Part shown: one piece after another, positions 1 to 12,260 of the stretch
Layout of the letters: each line of letters opens with the position of its first letter
How positions within the stretch are numbered: position 1 is the first letter of the stretch
Assembly: GCA_951406725.2 (NCBI GenBank)
Contig: OX597839.1
Coordinates: 37,014,001 to 37,078,000, forward strand
Source of the DNA: Octopus vulgaris
Lineage: Eukaryota
DNA length: 64,000 nt
Direction: 5' to 3'
Position numbers and translations under genes: made by a program
Notes under the pieces: generated by a model
Databases searched by the model: none
What the model was told of the DNA's origin: nothing
Seen by the model: only the letters and a program-made list of their open reading frames with translations

Positions 1-362
1 TGTATAAGAGTGTATCTGTGTCTGGAAGCAAACACAGAGGGAGCAGTATGTGTGTTTTGGTGTAGTGTATATATGTGTAGAGAGGTCTGCAAGTGTGGAA
101 GTGTAGTGGCATTGATTAGTGGGAGTGTGGGGGGGGTGTATATAATTGTTAGGTGGGTGGTCTGAAAATGTGTAAGTGGGTGAGAGAATGGTGCAAGTGT
201 AAAACTATAAAAGCATTTAAGATGGCAAGAGCAATGTGTAAGGTGTTTGTGATGTGTGTGTATAAGTGTATAACAAAAGTATATAGGGATGGCACAACTT
301 TTTTTAACAAAGAAGGAAGGTTTTAACTAAAAATTGTGTGTGTGTATGTGTACATGCATGCA

Positions 363-400
<38 letters not shown>

Positions 401-778
401 AGAAAGAAAAGCAGGAATTCTGAGGAGAGAAGAAATATAGAAATATTGGTAAAAATTATATATCAGTAATAAAATTTCTGGAGAATGTCCAGAAGATAGA
501 ACTGCATATATATATTTAAAGAAAGATCTTTTAAAACATTCATTAACTGTTAAAAAAAAAAACATTATTCAGAGAACAGAACTTCACCAACATTTGGAAA
601 AGAAATTTATGTATAGTACTTTATATTAACTTCAATTTTTCAAGCACATGTGCTCTGGATAAGTAACTTTTAAACAAATCTTTCTTGTGACAGTATGAAA
701 TATTTTTTTACAAAACTCTTTTTAACACACACACACACAGACACACACACACACATGAAAGAAGAACAGAAAACAATA

Positions 779-823
779 ACCTTGATATTTCAATATATTC
801 ATTCATAGATATCATCAGGAAGT
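779..823 (-). ncRNA. Minimal type I hammerhead ribozyme-like motif
   Basis: Minus strand reads ACTTC-CTGATGA-T-ATCTAT-GAATGA-ATATAT-T-GAAA-TA-TC-AAGGT: intact core, palindromic stem III (ATAT), weak stems I and II. Confidence 0.45.
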
Positions 824-1636
824 AATTTTGAAATATGAACTTCAGAATTCAATTCCACTCTTACACAGAATGAAAATTCATAAAATAGAGACAGATTTAA
901 AAAAAAAAAAAAAAAGCATAAAGACAACAAAAAACCAGTACTAATCTTGTCTAGCATGAAAAGATTACATACCTGCATACTTATTGGCACAAAACGTTTA
1001 TTTTGATAAGTATACTGATATATAATCTATGCAGGTTTGACAAAATAATTACAGGTTCTTTATTTTTCTTTCCAATTTTATTTTTTTTATCTCTCTCCTT
1101 TCTCTCTTTGTCTTTTTCTTTTAATCTTCACTCTGTCTAAGAGTGGAATTGAATTCTGTAGTTCATATTTCAAAATGACTTCCTGGTGACAAAGCAATTG
1201 CACTTTCACTTCATATAAGAGTGATTTGGTGTTGGAATTATTGAAACAGCTGTAATGATAAATATTTTTAGATATTCCTGTTGGTATTTCCAATACATTT
1301 TGCTCTGTTCAAGTGCTATGGTCTGCTTCACAGTATTTCCAACAATGCACATGGATATGCATTTTAAATGGGATTTAAGGAGTTTAATGCAGTAAACTAT
1401 ACTGGGCTCTAATATAGTTAGTTGTTTATTGTGCATATAAAACACATTCTAATGCTGTGTATATATATTTAGGTGTGTGAGAGAGTTGATATGTGAAAGC
1501 ACACGGTTGGATGTATATAAAAACAAAATAGAATGAAAAACTACCAAGATTTGTATTATATGGTTAAAAAATACATTAAAAATCGTCATGTTAGGAAAAT
1601 GATATAAAGTTTTGTGTATAGTGACATTGTTTTTAG

Positions 1637-1682
1637 AGAAATAACCAGTTTCGCATTTTCTTTTTAAATTTCTCAAATTTCT
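1637..1682 (-). ncRNA. Degenerate type I hammerhead ribozyme motif downstream of the PLE endonuclease
   Basis: Minus strand reads AGAAAT-TTGAGAA-...-GC-GAAAC-TG-GTT-ATTTCT: 6-bp stem I and GAAAC..GTH are present, but the CUGANGA core is mutated. Confidence 0.4.
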
Positions 1683-1844
1683 TTACTGATGTTGTGTCAT
1701 CTATTCGTTATGGTGTGATATAGAAGAGTTTGAAATAGTGGAAGGTAATCATGGAATTTTTCGGTATAAGGGAGATAATCAAAAATGTTGGGAATGATTA
1801 GGTTTTGCTAATTCAACATGATTTGGTTTTGATAGAATAAAATG

Positions 1845-2190
1845 TTAGAAATGATTAAATTTTGGCTTATATTTTTCAATGAAGTAGGTTTCCTTTTTTA
1901 ATCTAACTTGTGTTGGTATTCCAGTAGCACATTGATAGAAAGGAAAGATTACAAGTTGTTTTCCGCATCTCTCAATGTGTTCACTAAAGGATATCATTCT
2001 GTATTCGGGGAATGCAATCTGCTGTCGGTGCAGAGTGCATCTGCATCTGAGTGATAATCCTGTAGACCCTATGTAATTCTGGTGGCAGCCCAAGCATCTT
2101 ATAACATACATCAGGTTTTCCAAGGCACAAGTAAAGTCAGATTTAATTTTGAATTTTTGTCCCCCTTTAAAAAGGAATTCAGGAAAGGAA
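1845..2190 (-). mobile_element. Penelope-like element (PLE) fragment: GIY-YIG endonuclease C-terminus
   Basis: ORF 1845..2336 contains FTC..ENLMYVIRCLGCHQNYIGSTG..LRCRCTLHRQQI..EHIERC..RLKKETYFIEKYKPKFN, the PLE GIY-YIG motif layout. Its N-terminal part is low-complexity and not part of the element. Confidence 0.88.
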
Positions 2191-4082
2191 GATAATAAAG
2201 TATTGGTGATCCTAAAAAGAAGGTGCACATGCATGTGTATGTGAGAGTGTGTAAATGTGTGCATCTGTAATGTGTGGGTGTGTGGATGATGGTGTGGGTA
2301 TTGGGAAGTGGTCAGTGCTAGTGTGTGGGGTGGCATGATGTGGTGTGGTGTGGCATGATGTGAGGATGGGGTGTGGATTTAGGGTGAGGATGTGTGGGGT
2401 AGAGGTGAGGTATGTGAGAGTGGGATGTGTGGGGTGGGGTGTGGATGGAGAGGGTAATGATAAAAGGAGGTGGGTAGGAGTGAAGAGGGGAAGTAGGTGT
2501 CAGGGCAAGAGAGGAGAGGAAAGGTGGGTAGGAGTGATGAGAAGAAGTAGGTGTGAGATGAAGAGAGGAGAGGGGAGTTGAGTCCATGTGGAGCAAAGGA
2601 GCGAAGAGAGAAGATTAATTCCTGCTCAGAGATGTAGCATTAATATAATTTATTAATTGCAAAAATTCAACAAAATTCCTTTTCTACTACTGTAAGAATC
2701 TCTATGACAACAACAACTTTTTTAAGTAAAAGAGTTTAACTCCTATTTCTAAATTCGGTATGTGGTGAAGCAATTAGCTGAACCCTAATTATAATTATGT
2801 TTATAATTATAGAATGTTTGTATAATTTTACCTGTAAAGGTTATTCTAACGTACCGATCTACTTGGTAAAATTATTGATAAATTGATTGATTAATTAACT
2901 TAATTGATTAATTTTACCCTTTTATTATTAATTATAAATATATACATATATGTGTGTGTGTGTGTGTTTGTGTATGTGTGTGTATGTGTGTGTGTGTATA
3001 CATACATACATATATATATATATGTACATACATATATATAAATAGATAGAGAGAGAGAAAGAGAGAGAGACAGATAGATAGATAGATATACATACATATA
3101 GATATATACATATACATATATTCATGTACATATATGAATCTATTTGTGGCTTATCTGCTTTATATTGTAACTCAGAATTATATGCTCTCTTGAGCAGTTC
3201 AGATGTCTACACACACACACAAATCAATTTTATTATTATTACTGACATGTTGGCATTCTTTTGCCTCTATTTCCCCTGAGAAATATATTTCAAGGAACAA
3301 ATCTGGACAGCTTTATTCTTCTCGTCACAAACGCCACCCCAACAGCAACCAACATCACCACGATGCTATCTCACACTACCCACACACTACTTGTCCACAT
3401 GACCCCCACCCTAGAATATTCTGTTATGGTTGTCTCACACTGAATTCCAAACTGTTGTAAATAATCAATATTGGTTATTTACTGAGCTGGTCTCTCTCTT
3501 TCTACTTACCTATTTATATTGTTTTGTTGTAGCACTGCTTTGATTGATTTCCATTGATTGATTGATTGAATCTTAAGTCTTCAGTATTGATTTATCCCTT
3601 TCTTCATGAATAATGAGGATGTGTGTGTGTGTGCGTGCATATATTTATATATGTATATATACAACATATTTGTGTACATGTTTGTAAATGTTTGTATACA
3701 TTGGTATTTGTATACAAACATATATACACATATGTATATATGTATAAACAGCCACATAAGCATCACTTTTCTAATATGACCTCAGCAAAACTTTTTCCAG
3801 GTGTCCCATGAAAGTAACGGATGCATTACACACACATGTATACGTAAAAAGGTAGCTATCACCCATGGACAAACATGGCTTTGATAATTGTTTTAGGCAT
3901 CTGTGTCACTCTGAGCAGACATAGGCACTCTCATATGCATCTTGTTTTTGATCCAAAGGCACATCCAGGAAGTGACTGTGGGAAGGAGAGAGTACTGCAC
4001 CAGTGCTGGGCTGCTGCTGCAACATTGGTTGTCAGGTGCTAGTGGGGAGACAAAAACAAAGACACACACATATATATGTGTG

Positions 4083-4135
<53 letters not shown>

Positions 4136-4281
4136 TGAAATAGAAAGATGAATAATCTTGTTGCAGATTAATCAAAAGTTTAACCGATACCTTGGTAGCA
4201 AAAATCACAGCCTTTCGAAACACGTGTAGAATGCAATAAAACGATTTCTGTTCAATCTTCGTTCAACTCCATTTCTTCAAT

Positions 4282-4355
<74 letters not shown>

Positions 4356-4357
4356 AT

Positions 4358-4510
4358 AGGCTTCTTTCAGTTTCCATCTACCAAATTCACTCACAAGACT
4401 TTGGTTGGTCTGAGGCTAGAGTAGAAGACACTTGCTCAAGGTGCCACACAGTGAGACTGAACCCAGAATCTTGTGGTTGGAAAGCAAGCTTCTTATCTTG
4501 CAGCCATGCA
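4358..4510 (-). mobile_element. SINE family A, 5' portion
   Basis: Reverse complement of the head of the 8889-9312 element, ending at the (GA)/(TA) tract. Confidence 0.8.
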
Positions 4511-5358
4511 TCTATAAATGATACACACATATATGTATGTATATCTATACTTACGTGTGTGTGTGTGTGTGTGTTGTGTGCATGTTTGTGCACTAGCAGG
4601 ATACCTGATGTTGCCTAAGAATAAGAGCAATTTTTGATGAATGTCTTCAAAAACATAAAACCAAAAACAAACAAAAACAAAATCATGGTAACTCTGCAAA
4701 TATGTTGTCTTTAAAACATAATGTTTATCTTCTTTATAATTGAGATCTGAGGTATGTATTTTAAAAAGTTATCACCTCCAACAAGATACATATAGAGGAT
4801 TGTTAGCAACAGGTTTCACAATAAGCAACATTCTTAGTATTTCCACCTTGATTATTGACATAAAGATTATTCTGACTCCCCATATGTAAACATCTAACAT
4901 ATTGTGTCCATGAGAGAAACAGTGCATGAGAGAATTAGTGCAATTTCCCAGCAGGCAACATCTGATCTTGGGATTTGTTGATGGACAGCTATGAAGCTTT
5001 GGTGTATGGGAAGTTGGAATCTCTTGAAATGAAATAGCATATCAATTGTTTAATAAATATGAGTCATAATTCTGATACGTTTCTGAATATTGCAGTGGGA
5101 TGTGTGTGTGTGTGTTTGTGAGAGAGAGAGAGAATGTATGTATGTATGTACTGCTATTTCCAATAAATATCAGTGCATTATTGTATTGCTATCTTATTTA
5201 TACTTTAACCTGATTGTTTTACTAGGAAGCAATGCTACTGTATTGTGCTATTTAATAATTCTTTCTTTGAAAACCTTTTCACTGTTCTCGGTCTGTTAAC
5301 GACTAGGCATTTCAGATGAGTATATACTGACATTGATGTGGCGACATTTGAGATTTTG

Positions 5359-5430
5359 TCTAGCTGATGAGAACTAATCAAATTTACATTAACAAACATA
5401 ATTCGCAAAGTTCAAAACCTAGGTCCTAGA
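5359..5430 (+). ncRNA. Type I hammerhead ribozyme motif with one core substitution
   Basis: TCTAG-CTGATGA-GAACT..AGTTC-AAAAC-CTAG-GTC-CTAGA: 5-bp stem I, 5-bp stem II, palindromic CTAG loop, GUC triplet; GAAA has become AAAA. Confidence 0.7.
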
Positions 5431-5627
5431 TTATCCACATCTGGGTTGTACATTTATTTAATGTTCTTCCAACAGGTAAGATGAAATTTTTTTATGTTTG
5501 CTGCCTGCTAACATGTTTGCCAGTATATATATACAGTGAGGCTTTACTATAGCGTCATATATATCATCTACTATTTCCAGTAAATGTTGGTACATTGTTG
5601 TACCACTATCTTATTTATATATACCTT

Positions 5628-5835
5628 TGGAGATATGCTGTGCTTGAGAAGACCCGGCAAACCAAGTGAGATTGTAACAATGCCCTATGCCAGTGCAACA
5701 TAACCAGCCCAATCATTGGGCGATAAACTGCGCTTGCGAAGACCTGTTGAGTTAAAGGAAGTCATTGTCGTGGCCAATGATAGTACCGCCTGATTGACAC
5801 CCATGCCAGTGGCACGTAAAAAGTACCATTCGAGT
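5628..5835 (+). mobile_element. Interspersed repeat fragment related to SINE family C (upstream body)
   Basis: Ends in GCCAGTGGCACGTAAAAAGTACC, the sub-repeat seen in family C copies. Confidence 0.5.
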
Positions 5836-5876
5836 GACACTTCCATGAGTGCTTTACACCACCAGAGGGACTAGTC

Positions 5877-6197
5877 TTAATACTTCTGCTGCAGAGTATA
5901 AGTCTTCTTGAGTACAGCAAGGCACCAGGCATCCTGGTCCTTTGTCATCTTGCCTGAAAAGTTTAGTGTCCTGAGGTCATTCTTCAGTACTTCATCCCAT
6001 GCCTTCTTGGGTCTTCCACTTCCACAAGTTCCATTTGTTTTGAGAGAGCGACACTTCTTTATGGAGCTGTTGGCATCCATTCGCATCACATGACCAAACC
6101 AGCACCGTCTTCTCTCTTCCACACAGAAACTAATTCCTCTTATGCCTAACTTCTCTCTCAGAACACTGGCACTCTGTTGAACATGTACACTTACATT
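5877..6197 (-). mobile_element. RTE-clade LINE 3' fragment (ORF C-terminus)
   Basis: ..LREKLGI..EERRRCWFGHVMRMD..KKC..GSGRPKKAWDEVLKNDL matches the RTE 'RLRWFGHV.R..RGRP..W' C-terminal motifs. Confidence 0.85.
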
Positions 6198-6579
6198 CGA
6201 AACACTCCGTCGGTTACGACGACGAGGGTTCCGGTTGATCCGATCAACGGAACAGCCTGCTCGTGAAATTAACGTGTAAGTGGCTGAGCACTCCACAGAC
6301 ACGTGTACCCTTAACGTAGTTCTCGGAGAGATTCAGCGTGACACAGAGAGTGACAAGGCCGGCCCCTTGAAATACAGGTACAACAGAAATAGGAAGTAAG
6401 AGTGAGAGAAAGTTGTGGTGAAAGAGTACAGCAGGGATCACCACCATCCCCACCGGAGCCTCGTGGAGCTTTAGGTGTTTTCGCTCAATAAACACTCACA
6501 ACGCCCGGTCTGGGAATCGAAACCGCGATCCTATGACCGCGAGTCCGCTGCCCTAACCACTAGGCCATTGCGCCTCCAC
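6198..6579 (-). mobile_element. Full-length tRNA-derived SINE (family B, head B1 + tail T1) with 11-bp TSD
   Basis: A-box (TGGCCTAGTGG) and B-box-like (GGTTTCGATTCC) on the minus strand; TSD ACACTTACATT at 6187-6197 and 6580-6590. Confidence 0.9.
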
Positions 6580-6886
6580 ACACTTACATTACATATTATA
6601 TAAACATAATCATAAAAATAACAACCAAGTTAAAAATACTCCCAGATAGTTCTTTACAGCTAATTCAAAAACTCATGAAATAATATGCCTTACAAAAATG
6701 GGTGGGAATACTGATGTTAATAAACATCAAACAATTAGGGAAAAATTATGAACACATAAACATGAAATCTCTATAAATCCAAGCTACAGGCTTTGAAGTG
6801 ATAAGGTTCATAAATTTTCTACTTATTTGCATAATATACATTATTGCATCAACCAGCTGCTGGATTTTTCTGTGCTGTGCAGTGCA

Positions 6887-6898
<12 letters not shown>

Positions 6899-6979
<81 letters not shown>
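6899..6979. repeat. (GA)n microsatellite
   Basis: About 40 perfect GA units. Confidence 0.97.
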
Positions 6980-6982
<3 letters not shown>

Positions 6983-7084
6983 GAGAAGGGGGGGGTTGTC
7001 CAGTTTGGCAGGGTTGGAAATACTGCAAGCATGTGATCTGACATTCTTACAGTTCTGTCAGTCCATCACCTTGGATTCGTACAT

Positions 7085-7971
7085 GTTTTATGAACTCTGA
7101 AAGGATGAAAGGCAAAGTTGACCTTCACAGGTTTTGAACTTAGAACATAAAGAATCAATGCAAAAACTGTGGGGCATTTTCTTCGATGTTCAAACAACTC
7201 TGCAATTGACAACCTATAACAATACTTTAAACAAAACACAGAATAATGGTTTCAAATACTGGCAGAAGGCTGGCAATTTGAAAGGAAATGGGAAGTAAGT
7301 TAGAATTGATATTCTAAAACCAAGGTGTCACATAAAAAGCGTTGGTGTGGGTGCTGGTGCCACATAAAAAGCACTGATGCTGGTACCACGTAAAATGCAC
7401 TAGTAATAGTACCAAGTAAAAAGTACCCAGTACTCTTTGTAAAGTGGTTGGTGTTAGGAAGGGCACTTAGCTGTAGATACCAAACCATAACAGACTATGG
7501 AACCTGATGTAGCCTCTGGCCTCACCAGTTCCTGGTGAGCCATCCAGCCCATACCAGTATAGAAATGGACATTAAATGTTGATGATGATGATGATGATGG
7601 TGATCAATCCCAGTGTTTCACTTGTACTTTATTTTATAGATTCCGAAATGATGAAAGACGAAGTTGATTTTAGCAGGATCTGAGCTCAGAATGTAAAGAG
7701 CCAGAAAAAATGCTATTGAACACTTTGTCTGACACCTGAATGATTCTGCCAGCTGGTTGCCTTGATAATAATAGTAACAGTATTAATAATGATGGTTTCA
7801 AATTTTAGCACAAGGCCAGCAAATTTACAGGAAGGCTTAAGCCAACTACATCAACCTCAATACTTTATTTCATTGACTCTGAAATGATGAATGGCTAAGT
7901 CACCTTGGTGGAATTTAAAATCGGAACATAAAATGCTGCAAGAAATGTCACTAAGCATTTTGTCCGATATC
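7085..7971 (-). mobile_element. Tandem cluster of about 3 degenerate MetaSINE-like elements (family D)
   Basis: Repeated GAAAGGATGAAAGGCAAAGTTGACC..TTTGAACTCAGAA blocks near 7100, 7650 and 7885, with tails GGTTTCAAATTTTGGCACAAGGCCAGC; interrupted by a family C copy and a hAT element. Confidence 0.75.
7325..7602 (+). mobile_element. SINE family C (RTE-related, (GAT)n tail)
   Basis: GTGCCACATAAAAAGCAC sub-repeats, GTGGTTGGTGTTAGGAAGGGCA, ending GGACATTAAATG(TTG)(ATG)n. Confidence 0.75.
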
Positions 7972-8399
7972 CAGCACTGGATTAACCATTAAGCAAAATA
8001 AGCATATGCTTAGGGCATCAAGGGGAGGAGGGGGGAACCACAGAAAAGGTAAATAGTTTATGACACAAAAGAAATCACTTTAAACTTGCTAAAATAATAT
8101 TTGGGCTGCTTTTATCTCTACTAAGTATAGATGCAGATGTGTTGCCTGAGATTAAGTTTGAGGATCTGATCAAAGACTTTGCAATTCAAAAAAGTAGGAG
8201 GAAGCTTTTCAAATATAAATAAAGTGGAAGGAGACAAAAATAAACATTATTTTCCCGTCTTACTGTTCTGCTTCATTTAAAAAAATAAAAATTTATTTTA
8301 TGGTTTATTATTGTTTATATTTTGAATTACATAATCTTTTATGGGGGCACAAAAATCTTTTAAGTGCTTAGGGCCTCAATGTGTCTTGATCTGGCCCTG
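7972..8399 (+). mobile_element. Internally deleted hAT transposon
   Basis: Termini CAGCACTGGATT / GATCTGGCCCTG; 8-bp TSD CCGATATC/CCGATACC; residual transposase C-terminus LSLLSIDADVLPEIKFEDLIKDFAIQKSRRKLF. Confidence 0.85.
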
Positions 8400-8888
8400 C
8401 CGATACCCTAAAGATTCTGCCAGTTGCCCTTTTTAACAAGACATATAATTATACACCAGAGAAAAACTCTTTTGTTGTGAAATATGTAAGAAATCTTTTA
8501 TTCTGTATTTGAAAGTTGTTATCCACAAATGTAATCACACTGGAGAAGAAAAACACAAGCAAAAACAGAAAAAAAACCTCTCCATTCTATTTGGAAATCA
8601 TTTATGATAAACAGTGATATAACAATACATAAATGATGAATACACACAGCAGGACATCGTCTCACTGCGAAAAATGTGTGAAATGTTTTGCTATTAACAG
8701 TGATTGAGTGACTGTCCATGGAAAAGGGAGGTAATTGGAAGAAATAATGGATAGAAATGCATAATTTCATGTCAGATTTATGGAATTGTTTAGAATTGAA
8801 ATTAACAACGTAATGCAGGGAGGGATATAGATCAATATATAAATAGGACAGAGACTTTCAGTATTAGTTGTGGAAGAATATTATACAT

Positions 8889-9059
8889 GGAGCAGGAGTG
8901 GCTGTGTGGTAAGTAGCTTGCTTACCAACCACATGGTTCCGGGTTCAGTCCCACTGCGTGGCACCTTGGGCAAGTGTCTTCTACTATAGACTCGGGCCGA
9001 CCAAAGCCTTGCGAGTGGATTTGATAGACGGAAACTGAAAGAAGCCCGTCGTATATATG

Positions 9060-9101
<42 letters not shown>

Positions 9102-9312
9102 TGTTTGTGTGTCTGTGTTTGTCCCCCTAGCATCGCTTGACAACCGATGCTGGTGTGTTTACGTCACCGTCACTTAGCGGTTCGGCAAAAGAGACCGATA
9201 TAATAAGTACTGGGCTTACAAAGAATAAGTCCCGGGGTCGATTTGCTTGACTAAAAGCGGTGCTCCAGCATGGCCGCAGTCAAAGGACTGAAACAAGTAA
9301 AAGAGTAAAGAG
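8889..9312 (+). mobile_element. Full-length tRNA-derived SINE (family A) with internal (TA)/(TG) microsatellite
   Basis: Head TGGCTGTGTGGTAAG..GGTTCAGTCCC, CORE-like ACCTTGGGCAAGTG, tail CCAGCATGGCCGCAGTC..GACTGAAACAAGTAAAAGAG; more than 12 related copies in the window. Confidence 0.92.
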
Positions 9313-9472
9313 TATGGTTCTGTGGGGGTGGTAATTTTGAAATTTTGGGGTTGCTTGTGTGCAGACAAATAGGCAATTCACAAATAGGCTTGAGATCAGT
9401 GTGCGAGTGTACATGTCTGTCTGTCTGTCTATTTACCTACCTAACTATCTGCCTGTCTGTCTGTTAATTATT

Positions 9473-9615
9473 GTGAAGGTATGGGGTCAGTTAGGGTGTT
9501 GTGCTCATGATCATAAGATCATGAGCTCAATTTCTCAGCTGGAAGGCATGTTAGGTCTCTGAGCAAGGCACTTCATTTCACGTTGCTCTAGTCTACTCAG
9601 TTGAAAATGAGCCGT
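9473..9615 (+). mobile_element. Degenerate CORE-type SINE head (B2)
   Basis: TGAGCAAGGCACTTCATTTCACGTTGCTCTAGTCTACTCAG..AAATGAG matches 28075-28130. Confidence 0.65.
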
Positions 9616-10385
9616 AGCCAACTGATGGATGCAGCCGTCTCTCTCTGCAGTTGTCACATCTTTGACTATACAGGCACTTAAAACAATCAGTGAATGCATA
9701 GTACAACTACCAACCCATACTCACTGACAAGTGACAGCTAAGCTTACATGTGTGTATGTATGTGTGTAATTATTTGTTTATGGATACGTTTGTGAATGTG
9801 AAATTAAGTGTACGTAAATTTACATACATATAGCTATATTAAGCTCTAGTTAGACCCGATTCAGCAGACTTGTGCACAAATATATTCAAGTTGTATTCAT
9901 TCTAGCCCTACATATTGGTTGTCATTTCAAGTAAGTTCAAATGACCAGCTAGAAGCACCTTCCTCGGTCTGTAGATATACATATGTGTGTTTAGGATGGA
10001 GTCAAGCATTAGTCTGGTTCATTTGTTTAGTGTTGTGCTGCGTGTATGCATGTATGAGAGAGAAATCTGCTTGCTCCAATACCAGGAGCATAACAGGCCA
10101 GTTCATTTGCTGTAAAGTTCTGACCAAAGTTACGTTCAAAAGACTAGTCAAATAAGATCAGAAAACTTCACACTTGAATCAGAGAATGGGTTCCCCATGG
10201 GCCAACATACAGATGATGTGATCTTTATGAAATGGTAGCCTCAAGAGAAAGTCAAAACCATAATTGGAGCATGTTCATTGCAGTGATAAATGTCACATGT
10301 TTTCAGTACTGTAGGCAGGGAAATCTTTGAAAGGTTTTCAATGTTGTTGACAAGGAAATTCTGTTGGATGTTTCAGAAAGTGTGA

Positions 10386-10481
10386 TTGCCCACTCAAATT
10401 TGTGTATCTGATCCACCAATTTCCCTTCATGAGTTGCCCACTCAAATTTGTGTATCTGATCCACCAATTTCCCTTCATGAG
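10386..10481. repeat. Exact 48-bp tandem duplication
   Basis: TTGCCCACTCAAATTTGTGTATCTGATCCACCAATTTCCCTTCATGAG occurs twice head to tail. Confidence 0.92.
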
Positions 10482-11984
10482 ATGAAGACATCATTACCGA
10501 GATATTACACTGGTGGATTCATAACTGGGGAAGAGATGAAGACATGATAGAAAAACATATTGAGCTCCACCAGGAGGAATGAGAGAAGAGACCATATATA
10601 CAGAGAGTTACACCTGAGTTATCTAACCAAGCATTTTCATGTCTCATCTGTGACTAAAGCTACACATTATCAAACCACTCTTTGATGTTTCATTGATTGT
10701 CAGTTTTGTGGAACTATCTGACAAAGCTAACAATCAGAGGAACTTTGAAGACTCTGACAACCATTTCCTTGTAAAAATAAATTTTATATTCTACTTAAGT
10801 GTGTTGAGCCAGCCTTTAATGAATGTCGGTTTTGTGCAGCTATACATAAAAACAAAAACTAATATATACCTATATACACACACACAAATACATATATATA
10901 TTTATATATATATACATGTATGTTTATACACACAGACACACACACAGTTGCATGAATATATATATATATATACATGTATGTTTATACACACACACAGTTG
11001 CATGAATAACAGAGATTGCTGCAGCCAATATCCGGAACAATACTTAACTAAATACAATAAAATCAAGACAACAGAACGGCAGCAGCAGCAACAACAACAA
11101 CGACAACAACAATAAAAGGAGACAAAACAACGGGCCAAGTCTTCTCAGCCATAAATGTCGGAGTGTTTTGAGAAAGAACAGAATATCAGCTGTTGGTGAA
11201 ATCGCTTTGTTTGACAGGTGAACCAGTTAATTAACTGAGACATTCATTGGGTTGAGGCAATTTACACACACACACACACAGTGTGCCTGTGTATATATAT
11301 TTATTTATTCATTTATACATATATAAATGAATAAGGTGCAAGTGTAGCTGTGTAGTAAGACGTTCACTTCCTACCCATATGGTTCCGGATTCACACATAT
11401 ATATATATATGTGTGTGGTGTGGGTGTGTGGTAAGAAGCTTGATACCCTGCTACATGGTTCTGGGTTCAGTCCCACAGTGAAGGGAGGGACTTAATTGAT
11501 GTCATCATACCCCAGTAGTAGACTGGTACCATATTTAATCAACTTCAGAGAAATAAAAAGGCAAAGTTAACTTCAGCAGGATTTGTGCTCAGAATTGAAA
11601 CAGCCAGATAGATTCTGCAAAACTTTTTCTGAGGCTCAAACAACCCTGCCCTCTCATTGGCATACTTGTAATAGCAGGACACAAACAGGCAGAAGATTAT
11701 TTCATGCTGTTCCATCTATCCATTTTCAGTGCCCACTATTCTCAGAAGTGTCATGAGGATAGAGTCCTCGTGTACCTCCTCCAAAGGGTCCTAACAGAAG
11801 CAACTATCATTAAGCTTTTCTGCTGGATTCCCAACTATGACCAACTGAGACTATGTTAAGGGTACATGTGTCTGTGGAGTGCTCAGCCACTTGCACATTA
11901 ATTTCATGAGAAAGGCTGCTTCATTGATCGGATCAACTGGAACCCTTGTCGTCATAACCAATGGAGTGCTACACCAACCAAAAA

Positions 11985-12260
11985 GAGACTGGAGCTGTGA
12001 CCTCTCAATATGGAGAGGTAGCAACTCAACCTGGACAGACTCCTTGATCTCTGAGTCACACATCTGTCAAGTAATATCACTCCACAGAGTCTTCAGAAGA
12101 ACTTCGTTTCAGTCACTTATTTTCACAATCATATTTTTTTGGTCATATTCTTTTGACCATCTATGGTCAACATTCATGACCAAAGATGAGGATAGGTACA
12201 AAAACTGAATTGAAGATGGTAAGTTTTATTTTTAATGAATATTTTGTTATCAAAAAAGAT
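11985..12260 (-). mobile_element. Decayed RTE-like LINE fragment
   Basis: ..DSEIKESVQVELLPLHIERSQLQ resembles the RTE '..IRE.L.VEPLLLRIERSQLRW' segment; a SINE T1 tail fragment lies next to it at 11850-11970. Confidence 0.55.
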
